Source: an uncultured Opitutales bacterium
GTDB lineage: Bacteria > Verrucomicrobiota > Verrucomicrobiia > Opitutales > JAIRKQ01
Direction: 5' to 3'
Assembly: GCA_964577805.1 (NCBI GenBank)
Contig: CAZOAG010000003.1
Span: 41,231 to 105,230 of the forward strand
DNA: 64,000 nt
Shown: piece after piece, positions 20,827-29,370 of the stretch
Layout of the letters: each line of letters starts with the position of its first letter
Position numbering within the stretch: the first letter of the stretch is position 1
The notes under the pieces: generated by a model
Databases searched by the model: none
What the model was told of the DNA's origin: nothing
What the model saw: only the letters and a program-made list of their open reading frames with translations
Made by a program: the position numbers and the translations under genes

Positions 20827-21864
20827 ATGACTAACACATTCAATAATAATACAATATCGACTGGATTGGCCCCTATGCGTGGAATAACAAATGAAATGTT
20901 TTATAATATTTTTCATGAATTCGGCGAACCGGATTACTACATATCAGAATTTTTGCGAGTGCATGCAACATCGACAATCCCACAAGAACTGATATCATTC
21001 CTCAATAATCGCACAAACAAATCACCCATACATTTACAACTGCTAGGAAGGGATGTTGATTTCTTATTCAAAACTGCTCAGCAGTTACAAAACTATCCAA
21101 TTGCATCTATAAACTTAAATTTTGGATGTCCTATGCCTAAAATTAGTAAAAAAGGAGTCGGAGGCGCATTACTCCTAGAACTATCTCTAATAGATGAAAT
21201 ATTATATGCTATATCGCAACTTACAATCCCAATTTCTGTAAAAACACGGCTTGGATATTATTCTACTGATGAATTTCCCAAAATTCTAGAACATCTCGCA
21301 CAACATAATTTATCTGCTGTTTATATTCATGCACGAACGGTAAAATGGTTGTATTCAGAACCAGTTGATTTCGAAACATTGTCATTAGCTAAAAAAATAC
21401 TATCATGTAAAATAATAGCGAATGGAGATATTTCATCTCCTCAACAAGCTTTACACATAGCAAACATAACACGTGCAGATGGTGTCCTAATCGGACGTGC
21501 AGCCATATCAAATCCATGGATATTTCGACAGATCAATGATATTAAATCTGGCAATCATCCTTTTATTCCAACACCACAAGATTTTTTAAAATATATATCA
21601 TATGTCATTAACTATGCCTCTTCTAATGACGCACCTGAACATATACGTTCTGCATGGACCAAAAAATATTTAGTACCTTTGTCAAAAACATTAGACAAAA
21701 CAGATATTTTGAGTAACAAGATCAAGCATTCAACAACTTTAGAATCAATATTTTCATCATTTGAAACATTTTTTGACAAACACTACATTTTATCCTTATT
21801 TACAACTCTAGCATTGCTTCATATAGAATTTTCGATACCACATCTGGTATGTCAATTATTTTAG
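20827..21864 (+). CDS. tRNA-dihydrouridine synthase
   Basis: LAPMRGITN and NLNFGCPMPKISKKGVGGALL, with a TIM-barrel Dus pattern. Confidence 0.85.
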   Translation: MTNTFNNNTISTGLAPMRGITNEMFYNIFHEFGEPDYYISEFLRVHATSTIPQELISFLNNRTNKSPIHLQLLGRDVDFLFKTAQQLQNYPIASINLNFGCPMPKISKKGVGGALLLELSLIDEILYAISQLTIPISVKTRLGYYSTDEFPKILEHLAQHNLSAVYIHARTVKWLYSEPVDFETLSLAKKILSCKIIANGDISSPQQALHIANITRADGVLIGRAAISNPWIFRQINDIKSGNHPFIPTPQDFLKYISYVINYASSNDAPEHIRSAWTKKYLVPLSKTLDKTDILSNKIKHSTTLESIFSSFETFFDKHYILSLFTTLALLHIEFSIPHLVCQLF

Positions 21865-22724
21865 ACGGTCGAAGCGTAGCAGACACCATATTAAACAAGA
21901 TAAAACATGAAATTCACTCACATAAGTGCGAACCACGATTGTCGATAATATATGCGGGCAATAATAGTGCATCAGAAATTTATATTCGTAACAAACAATC
22001 TCGTGCATCAGGAATTGGGATAAAAACAGATCTTATCAAATTGCCAGCAACAACATCCGAAAATGAAATAATCGATATTATTCAATCAGCAAATAATGAC
22101 ATCAATATTAACGGAATCATAGTACAATCACCTATTGGAAACATTCATGACACATCCAGAATTTTTAATAGCATACATCCGGACAAAGATGTCGATGGAT
22201 TCTGTGATACAAACATAGCAAAATTGGCCAAAGGAGATCAATCTGGAATCATACCATGCACACCACTTGGAATCATTACATTATTACAACATTATGGAAT
22301 ATCAGTATCTGGGAAACATGTTGTGATTATCGGCCGTAGTGCTATAGTCGGACGACCATTGTCTCTGTTACTATCTCAAAAATCAGACATGGGAAATGCA
22401 ACGGTAACATTGTGCCATGCTCATACACAACAACTATCAACTATAACAAAATTAGCGGATGTTATCATCGTTGCGATTGGGAAAAAACATTTTTTAACAA
22501 AAGATATGGTTTCGTCAAATAGTGTCGTTATTGATGTTGGAATTAATCATGAATCACACGACGATGACAACAATTATTCATTATTCGGTGATACTGATTT
22601 TGAACGAATTCAACAAAAATGCCATGCAATAACACCTGTACCTGGTGGAATTGGACCAATGACAGTAGCAATGCTCATGCAAAACACATGGTTGGCTACA
22701 AAAAAACAACATGGCATATTATAG
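21849..22724 (+). CDS. folD: bifunctional methylenetetrahydrofolate dehydrogenase / methenyl-THF cyclohydrolase
   Basis: 291 aa. Motifs ILDG..., GIIVQSP, VVIIGRSAIVGRP and PVPGGIGPMTVAML. Overlaps the dus 3' end by 16 nt. Confidence 0.95.
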   Translation: MSIILDGRSVADTILNKIKHEIHSHKCEPRLSIIYAGNNSASEIYIRNKQSRASGIGIKTDLIKLPATTSENEIIDIIQSANNDININGIIVQSPIGNIHDTSRIFNSIHPDKDVDGFCDTNIAKLAKGDQSGIIPCTPLGIITLLQHYGISVSGKHVVIIGRSAIVGRPLSLLLSQKSDMGNATVTLCHAHTQQLSTITKLADVIIVAIGKKHFLTKDMVSSNSVVIDVGINHESHDDDNNYSLFGDTDFERIQQKCHAITPVPGGIGPMTVAMLMQNTWLATKKQHGIL

Positions 22725-22824
22725 TTTTTTTCGCCTTACAAGGGCTTATAAAAGCTACTTATATTTTAATATAATAGATCCAATCTTGTAAAAGATGTTA
22801 TATCTCGTATTATATCATTCTAAA

Positions 22825-24300
22825 ATGAATATTTTAATAGCTGCGTCAGAATGCGAACCATTTATTAAGGTTGGAGGACTTGGAGATGTTGTACTATCTT
22901 TGGCCAAAGCTCTACATTCACTTGGACATGATGTACGCATAGTATTACCAAAATATTCAACAATTAACTTTGTATCTAAATGCCAGACAATAAATGGTCC
23001 ATTGTTTGTAAACATGGGATATGGATTGGAATTTGCACAAGTATTGGAAACAAAGTACTGCAATATACCGATTTACTTTATAGAATTTAATAAATATTTC
23101 TATCGTGATGGCATTTACGGAGAAAATGGAGCTAGTTATCACGACAACTGGCAACGTTTTGCATTCTTCAATCGTGCAATAATTGACTTGTGTGAACACA
23201 TACATTTTTCACCAGATGTCATCCATGCAAATGATTGGCCAACAGGGCTATTACCAGCGTTAATGACAATTAATAATATTCCATTAACTGTACAAAAATC
23301 ATCCACTGTATTTACAATCCATAATATGGCACATCATGGATATGCTCCAAAAGAATTATTAAACTTTGTAGGCCTTCCAGATCATTATTGTCATCCATTC
23401 GCAATGGAAGCATGTGGCGGAATAAATGTTCTCAAAGGAGCTATTCAATTTGCAAATAAAATCACTACTGTCAGTCCAACTTATGCTGAAGAGATAAAAT
23501 CATCAGAACAAGGATATGGCCTAGATGATGTTTTACGGTATCGCGCAGCGGACTTATGTGGCATTTTAAACGGAATAGACTTAACAACATGGGACCCTGA
23601 AACTGACAAAATGATCGCAAAAAATTTTTCTAAAAAAGCGATATCAGGGAAAGCAATATGCAAACAATCATTGCAACAGGAGCTCGGATTAAAAATCGAC
23701 AATAATATCCCTGTTTTCGGAGTAATATCTCGATTTTTTGAACAAAAAGGTCTGGATGTCCTGTGTAATATCTTGCCAGATATTTTACGCAATATGTCAG
23801 TAGAATTTGCTATTTTAGGATCAGGAGATCCTGCACTAGAACAACATTTTCAATGGATAGCACAATCTTTTCCAGGACAAATGTCTGTATATATCGGATA
23901 TAACGCAGTACTATCACATCGCATTGAAGCTGGTAGTGATTTTTTTGTCATGCCGAGCAGATATGAACCGTGTGGACTTAATCAAATATATTCCATGAGA
24001 TATGGAACATTACCGATAGCACATGCTGTTGGTGGACTAGCAGATACAATAATAAATTATGATGAAAACAGCAAATCCGGCACTGGATTTTTATTCCACG
24101 ATCTAACATCAAGTGCTTTATACAACACAATCGGATGGGCCTGCTCAACATTCTATAATAAGAAGCACGACATATCTCTCATGCAACAACAAGCAATGAG
24201 CAAGGATTTTTCATGGTCAAAATCCGCCATCGAATATGAGAATATTTATAAAGCAGCTATAAACATAAAAATATTAAAACAAAACAACGGCCAGTCATAA
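22825..24300 (+). CDS. glgA: glycogen synthase (GT5)
   Basis: MNILIAASECEPFIKVGGLGDV (KxGGL signature) and PSRYEPCGLNQ. Start set at the ATG at 22825. Confidence 0.9.
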   Translation: MNILIAASECEPFIKVGGLGDVVLSLAKALHSLGHDVRIVLPKYSTINFVSKCQTINGPLFVNMGYGLEFAQVLETKYCNIPIYFIEFNKYFYRDGIYGENGASYHDNWQRFAFFNRAIIDLCEHIHFSPDVIHANDWPTGLLPALMTINNIPLTVQKSSTVFTIHNMAHHGYAPKELLNFVGLPDHYCHPFAMEACGGINVLKGAIQFANKITTVSPTYAEEIKSSEQGYGLDDVLRYRAADLCGILNGIDLTTWDPETDKMIAKNFSKKAISGKAICKQSLQQELGLKIDNNIPVFGVISRFFEQKGLDVLCNILPDILRNMSVEFAILGSGDPALEQHFQWIAQSFPGQMSVYIGYNAVLSHRIEAGSDFFVMPSRYEPCGLNQIYSMRYGTLPIAHAVGGLADTIINYDENSKSGTGFLFHDLTSSALYNTIGWACSTFYNKKHDISLMQQQAMSKDFSWSKSAIEYENIYKAAINIKILKQNNGQS

Positions 24301-24380
24301 AAAGCATCATAACAAATACCTTATTAGATAAAAACATACGCAACCTATATATTAATTACCAGCTCTGTAATATATCAACT

Positions 24381-25112
24381 TTATAACAACCCTGCTTGAG
24401 CAAATGAAAAATAATCGGTCGCAGATATTATAATATGGTCAACCAATCGTATATCTAAATATTGTAATGCAATTTTTATTGTACGTGTAATTCTTTCGTC
24501 AGAATCCGATGGTATCGCACTGCCATTAGGATGATTATGCGCAATTACTATTGCACCAGCATTGCGTTTTAATGCTGCTTCTGCTATCTTTCGTGGATAA
24601 ATTGTAGTTCGAACAGCTGTCCCAGACTCCATGCGCTCAATCCCATCTTTTAAAATACGCAAATCAGACCCTAAATATGCTATTTCAAACACCTCTTGAC
24701 TTAACCCACCTATTCTGGTTTTCCACAATTTCGACATTAAATCAACACTATCAAATGCTGGCATTTCTTCTGCCACTCTTTGGGCGTATAGAGAATAAAC
24801 CGCCTTCATGAATTTAATACCAATTGCAGCATATTCCCCTATTCCATCAATTGCCGTCAACTCATCAATACCTGCATCAAAAATATTTTTTAGAGAGCCA
24901 AAATAGCTAATCATATCTTTTGCTAACGGTTTTACATCTTTTCTAGGAATAAAAAACGACAATAATAGTTCTACAATCTCATAATCAGCAAACCCAGCCA
25001 ATCCACACTTTGAAAACCGCAATCTTAATCGATTACGATGTCCAAATTTGCTTGACTTTTCCTGAAGCAATGCCACTAATCTTAATATGGCATGAAATAT
25101 GAAATCATTCAA
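24381..25112 (-). CDS. radC: RadC-family JAB-domain protein
   Basis: N-terminal HhH-like region (HRNRLRLRF...YEIVELLL) and a C-terminal JAMM-like motif HNHPNGSAIPSDSD. The start codon is uncertain: TTG at 25112 or GTG at 25076. Confidence 0.85.
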   Translation of the reverse strand: MNDFIFHAILRLVALLQEKSSKFGHRNRLRLRFSKCGLAGFADYEIVELLLSFFIPRKDVKPLAKDMISYFGSLKNIFDAGIDELTAIDGIGEYAAIGIKFMKAVYSLYAQRVAEEMPAFDSVDLMSKLWKTRIGGLSQEVFEIAYLGSDLRILKDGIERMESGTAVRTTIYPRKIAEAALKRNAGAIVIAHNHPNGSAIPSDSDERITRTIKIALQYLDIRLVDHIIISATDYFSFAQAGLL

Positions 25113-25162
25113 GATTTTTGTGCTTTACAACAAAAATGGTCCACATAAAATTTGGTCCAGGT

Positions 25163-25675
25163 ATGAGCGATTTACAAAACTACAGTCAAGTATTAAATGG
25201 CCTTTTGCAAACGGCTGGCAACAAACCGCAGACAAAACTTTTTTTGGACAAAAACGGCGTTTGCGTTATTAAAAAGGACCACGAGGACAGCCAATATATA
25301 GTTGAATTGCCCAAAAACAGTGAAATTGTTTATTTCTACTCCCCTATATGCAAGGTACCATTTGACTGCAGTGAAGAATTTTTTGAAAGAATCTTGGAAA
25401 AAAACCTTTGCGGCATCGCATACAATCAAGCAACTTTTGGGCTAGATGCAAAGACGCAGAATATCGTTATAACATATACACGCTCTATGAGACTTTTGGA
25501 TGATGTGACATTTTTTAATATTCTTTGCAACTTTATAACAACAGCTGACCGTGCCAAAAACGATCTCTGTCAGCTAAAAAATAATTTACTCGAAGAAACA
25601 CATTTAACTGAAGCTGACGTGGATAACGAACTGTCTGCATACACTTCTTCAACTAACAATAAAATAAAGGCATAG
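25163..25675 (+). CDS. CesT/Tir-chaperone-like protein (putative type III secretion chaperone)
   Basis: About 170 aa. The sequence pattern follows class I T3S chaperones: LFLDKNGVCVIKKD...YIVELP...IVYFYSPI, LEKNLCGI...ATFGLDAKTQNIVITY, and DDVTFFNILCNFITTAD. The start is ambiguous (25136 or 25163). Confidence 0.55.
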   Translation: MSDLQNYSQVLNGLLQTAGNKPQTKLFLDKNGVCVIKKDHEDSQYIVELPKNSEIVYFYSPICKVPFDCSEEFFERILEKNLCGIAYNQATFGLDAKTQNIVITYTRSMRLLDDVTFFNILCNFITTADRAKNDLCQLKNNLLEETHLTEADVDNELSAYTSSTNNKIKA

Positions 25676-25679
25676 TAAA

Positions 25680-26234
25680 ATGGACGATATAACATTCAAT
25701 ACAATTCCTACTTTTGAAATTTCATCACCTACAATTTCAGAAGTAATATCTGAAATAGCTACAAACATATCATCAATCGGCGAACGCATCGACCATGACA
25801 AAGCGCCTGTTTCTATGGAAAGAACAACAGATTCAGTGCCACACGGCCTACAATCAGTTGAAGACAAATTAAACGAACCTGCATCAGAGGAATTGAAATC
25901 AGAATTCAAGGCATTGCTCGATGAATGGCGAGAAATATCCGGTGATCAAGATGGCGATGGCATACCAGATGGATGGGATAAAAACCCAGGAATGACTGTG
26001 GCAGATGTTGCAGCATATGTTTTGAAGCTAGGGAAATACGCCAATGATAACAAAGCACTTGCAACAACAAAAATTTCTAGTGTTGTAAAGTCATTGTTAA
26101 CGTCATTAAATAAACTATCAGAACAATTAGCTAATCTTGAAGGATATAAAAACGAAACAACACGTATACAAAGCATGATTGATCGTATTGACCCCAAAGG
26201 CATTCTAGCTATGGATGGCGGAATATTAGGGTAA
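25680..26234 (+). CDS. hypothetical protein (candidate chaperone substrate; DxDGDG calcium-binding-like motif)
   Basis: 184 aa, starting 5 nt after the chaperone-like gene. Ser/Thr/Ile-rich N terminus with no signal peptide, a DQDGDGIPDGWD motif and a helical C-terminal half. Confidence 0.45.
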   Translation: MDDITFNTIPTFEISSPTISEVISEIATNISSIGERIDHDKAPVSMERTTDSVPHGLQSVEDKLNEPASEELKSEFKALLDEWREISGDQDGDGIPDGWDKNPGMTVADVAAYVLKLGKYANDNKALATTKISSVVKSLLTSLNKLSEQLANLEGYKNETTRIQSMIDRIDPKGILAMDGGILG

Positions 26235-26283
26235 CAATTAATTGTTTTGCATTTCAATTGCACAATATTACACATGTGTCCTC

Positions 26284-26823
26284 ATGAATATTTGTGTATT
26301 ATTTTCCGACGGTGTCGAAGAAATTGAATTCATTACACCAGTTGACATCTTGCGTAGGTGTCAACAGAATGTAGTATTAGTATCGAGCAAAAGCAATCTA
26401 AGTATTACAGGTGCACACGGAATACGTCTTCTTGCAGACACCACAATATCACAAATAAACAGTGAGAATTTTGATGCATTAATCATTCCAGGCGGACCAA
26501 GCGCTTTTGTAATGAAAGACGATACTAACGTCATTAATCTTGTACAACAATTTTATCGAACTAATAAATGGATATCTGCTATCTGCGCTGCTCCGATAAT
26601 ATTGCACAATGCAGGAATATTAAACAATAAAAAATATTGCTCGCATCCATGTGTTCATGAAGAATTATCAACAGTAGACACAACTTCGCGCGTAGTTGTC
26701 GACAAACCAATTATAACGGCAGCTGGACCTGGAGTGTCGACAGAATTTGCATTAGAAATCATTAGTCAATTGCTTGGTGAAGCCATGGCAAATGTACAAC
26801 GACATAATCTGTTATTGTCGTAA
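26284..26823 (+). CDS. DJ-1/PfpI family protein
   Basis: MNICVLFSDGVEEIEF..., the nucleophile elbow ISAICAAP, and ITAAGPG. Start set at the ATG at 26284. Confidence 0.8.
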   Translation: MNICVLFSDGVEEIEFITPVDILRRCQQNVVLVSSKSNLSITGAHGIRLLADTTISQINSENFDALIIPGGPSAFVMKDDTNVINLVQQFYRTNKWISAICAAPIILHNAGILNNKKYCSHPCVHEELSTVDTTSRVVVDKPIITAAGPGVSTEFALEIISQLLGEAMANVQRHNLLLS

Positions 26824-26911
26824 ATTCTTTGTAGTATTTGGCGATCTTCGGAATCATAGATGGGATTTGACATATTTCATTGTGGAATTTATATGCTCGA
26901 ATTAGAAACTT

Positions 26912-28246
26912 ATGCGAGATTTAAAAAAATGTTCATTTTGTGGGTTATCGGAATTCGAAGTCGATAAATTAATAGCAGGCCCGAATAACATTTTTATTTG
27001 CAATAATTGTGTCAGCAAATGCATGTCGGCATTAAATCTCAATATAAAATATACCAAAAAAGAAGTTACTGATGACGAATCTATCAACGATCAACAACAT
27101 AATGATGAATTGAATGCTGTATCTAAAGAAGACAAGCCATTTGATTTTGAAATGGTATCGCCACAAAAATTGATTGATACGTTAAATGCACATGTAATCG
27201 GTCAAAATCATGCAAAAAAAATATTATCAGTAGCTGTTTACAATCATTACAAACGATTGATCGCAGATGGCGTCATTCCAAACAAAAAGAATGAGCATAA
27301 TATTCCAGATGAATTGCAGGATATTGAAATTGAGAAAAGCAATATTTTATTAATTGGGCCAACCGGTTGTGGAAAAACATTATTAGCAAAGACTCTGGCA
27401 AAAGCATTGGATGTTCCATTTGCGATAGCGGATGCTACAACATTGACGGAAGCAGGATATGTTGGCGAAGATGTCGAAAATATTATATTACGGTTACTCC
27501 AAGCAGCAGATTACAATTTAAAAAAAGCAGAATGCGGCATTATTTTTGTAGATGAAATCGATAAAATCGGAAGAAAAACAGAGAATGTATCGATTTCGCG
27601 TGATGTTTCAGGAGAAGGTGTTCAACAAGCATTATTGAAAATATTGGAGGGAACGGTATGCAATGTACCACCAAAAGGCGGTCGAAAACATCCAGAACAA
27701 GAGTATATTCCTGTAAACACAAAGAATATACTATTCATTTGTGGTGGGGCATTTCCTGACCTCGATAAAATAGTAAAAGAACGCATTGGCAAAAAGGTAC
27801 TTGGATTTAATTTAAACGAAGATGATACTAGTAACAAACACTCATCAGAATTATTGAAACATGTACAACCAGAAGATCTAGTAAAATTTGGATTGATTCC
27901 TGAATTTATCGGCCGATTGCCGGCTATTTCCGTACTCGACGAACTGACAGAAGCTGATCTGATACACGTACTATTGGACACAAAAAATGCGCTAATCAAA
28001 CAATACAAACGATTGCTAGCATTAGACGGTGTAAAACTCACAATAACAGATGAAGCAATACATGAAATCGCAAAACGTGCTGTTGAAATGAAAACTGGAG
28101 CTCGTGCCCTACGATCAATTTTAGAGGGCGTCATGTTAGACATCATGTATATGGTCCCACAAAACACAAACATAACAGAAGTTATTGTCGACAAAGGGTG
28201 CATTGACGGCAATTCAGGACCTGAGTTTAAAATACAAGAATTGTAA
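26912..28246 (+). CDS. clpX: ATP-dependent Clp protease ATP-binding subunit ClpX
   Basis: N-terminal zinc finger CSFCG...ICNNC, Walker A GPTGCGKT, IIFVDEIDKI and GFIPEFIGRLP. Confidence 0.95.
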   Translation: MRDLKKCSFCGLSEFEVDKLIAGPNNIFICNNCVSKCMSALNLNIKYTKKEVTDDESINDQQHNDELNAVSKEDKPFDFEMVSPQKLIDTLNAHVIGQNHAKKILSVAVYNHYKRLIADGVIPNKKNEHNIPDELQDIEIEKSNILLIGPTGCGKTLLAKTLAKALDVPFAIADATTLTEAGYVGEDVENIILRLLQAADYNLKKAECGIIFVDEIDKIGRKTENVSISRDVSGEGVQQALLKILEGTVCNVPPKGGRKHPEQEYIPVNTKNILFICGGAFPDLDKIVKERIGKKVLGFNLNEDDTSNKHSSELLKHVQPEDLVKFGLIPEFIGRLPAISVLDELTEADLIHVLLDTKNALIKQYKRLLALDGVKLTITDEAIHEIAKRAVEMKTGARALRSILEGVMLDIMYMVPQNTNITEVIVDKGCIDGNSGPEFKIQEL

Positions 28247-28295
28247 TTCTCGGCATCGCAGTTTTATCATTTTTTATTTCAAACTGGTTATCATT

Positions 28296-29126
28296 ATGAA
28301 TACCCATAAAAAAATCGAAGTAGTAGAATATGATGAAAACTGGCCAAAGATTTTCGAAATAGAAAAGAACAATATATTATCAGCGTTGCAGGACAATTGT
28401 ATCGAAATACATCATGTAGGGTCAACGTCCGTAAAGGGGCTTATTGCAAAACCAAAAATCGACATTATTGCAGTCGCAAAGGATCGCAAACTAGCGATTG
28501 ATGCTCTCGAAAAGATAGAATACACCCATGATGGCGAATGGAACATTCCATTAAAATGTGGGTTTGCCAAACGAACAGGGACACATGTCAACCTACATAT
28601 GTTTTTTGACAAAAATCATCCAGAAATCGAATCAAATCTAAGATTTAGAGATTTTCTTAGACAGAATGAAAATGTCAAAAATGAATATGCTGATCTGAAA
28701 CGGAAAATTCTTAGCAATCCAGATAATGCGACAGATCGTGTACAAGTAGGCACTGTTCAATTTCCAAAATACACACTGCTTAAACGCAATTTTATAAATA
28801 ATGTATTACGACAAATTGGAATAAATCGATTGAGAGTGCTAAAATGTCTGGCTGATGAAGAACAACATGCAGCAAGAAAATTTGCTAAAATTCATACTGC
28901 CAAGACACATGATGACAATTCATCATCGATTGATTTTTCCGACACAAATTATGAACATTTCATGTTATACAGAGGAGTGAATATTACTGGATATGCCAAG
29001 ATTCAGATCGCTCCAACTGCAAACATTGTATTAATTGAAGTCGAAAATTCTCGAGATGAGGAATTTTTTAGAAATATTATAACACAGTGGATTGAAATAC
29101 ATTTTCCCGAAAATGAAAATCGTTGA
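28296..29126 (+). CDS. GrpB-domain protein with a C-terminal extension of about 100 aa
   Basis: VVEYDENWPKIFEIEK...IHHVGSTSVKGLIAKPKIDIIAV matches the GrpB (nucleotidyltransferase-fold) pattern. The last ~100 aa are an extra small domain of unknown type. Start set at the ATG at 28296. Confidence 0.7.
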   Translation: MNTHKKIEVVEYDENWPKIFEIEKNNILSALQDNCIEIHHVGSTSVKGLIAKPKIDIIAVAKDRKLAIDALEKIEYTHDGEWNIPLKCGFAKRTGTHVNLHMFFDKNHPEIESNLRFRDFLRQNENVKNEYADLKRKILSNPDNATDRVQVGTVQFPKYTLLKRNFINNVLRQIGINRLRVLKCLADEEQHAARKFAKIHTAKTHDDNSSSIDFSDTNYEHFMLYRGVNITGYAKIQIAPTANIVLIEVENSRDEEFFRNIITQWIEIHFPENENR

Positions 29127-29311
29127 ACAATAAATGCGTAATAAAAATTGGCTACAAACACACTTTATCATACACGTTTAATTGATACTCTTTAATCATA
29201 GATATTGCATTATGTTCTTTATTGCATGAGTGGTTTCACACCTTAATAAATACACTCTTTTGGTACTATGCAGATCGAACAAATGTGACAATCACAGCAA
29301 CATCACTTACT

Positions 29312-29344
29312 GAAAAAAAGAAAAAACACCGTCAAATGACGGTG
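29312..29344 (-). terminator. intrinsic terminator after bamA
   Basis: On the minus strand, stem CACCGTC / GACGGTG (29327-29333 and 29338-29344 on plus) with a 4-nt loop, followed by a T-rich run (plus-strand A-rich run 29312-29326). Confidence 0.6.
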
Positions 29345-29370
29345 CCGTAATAAATCTCACAAAGACTACA

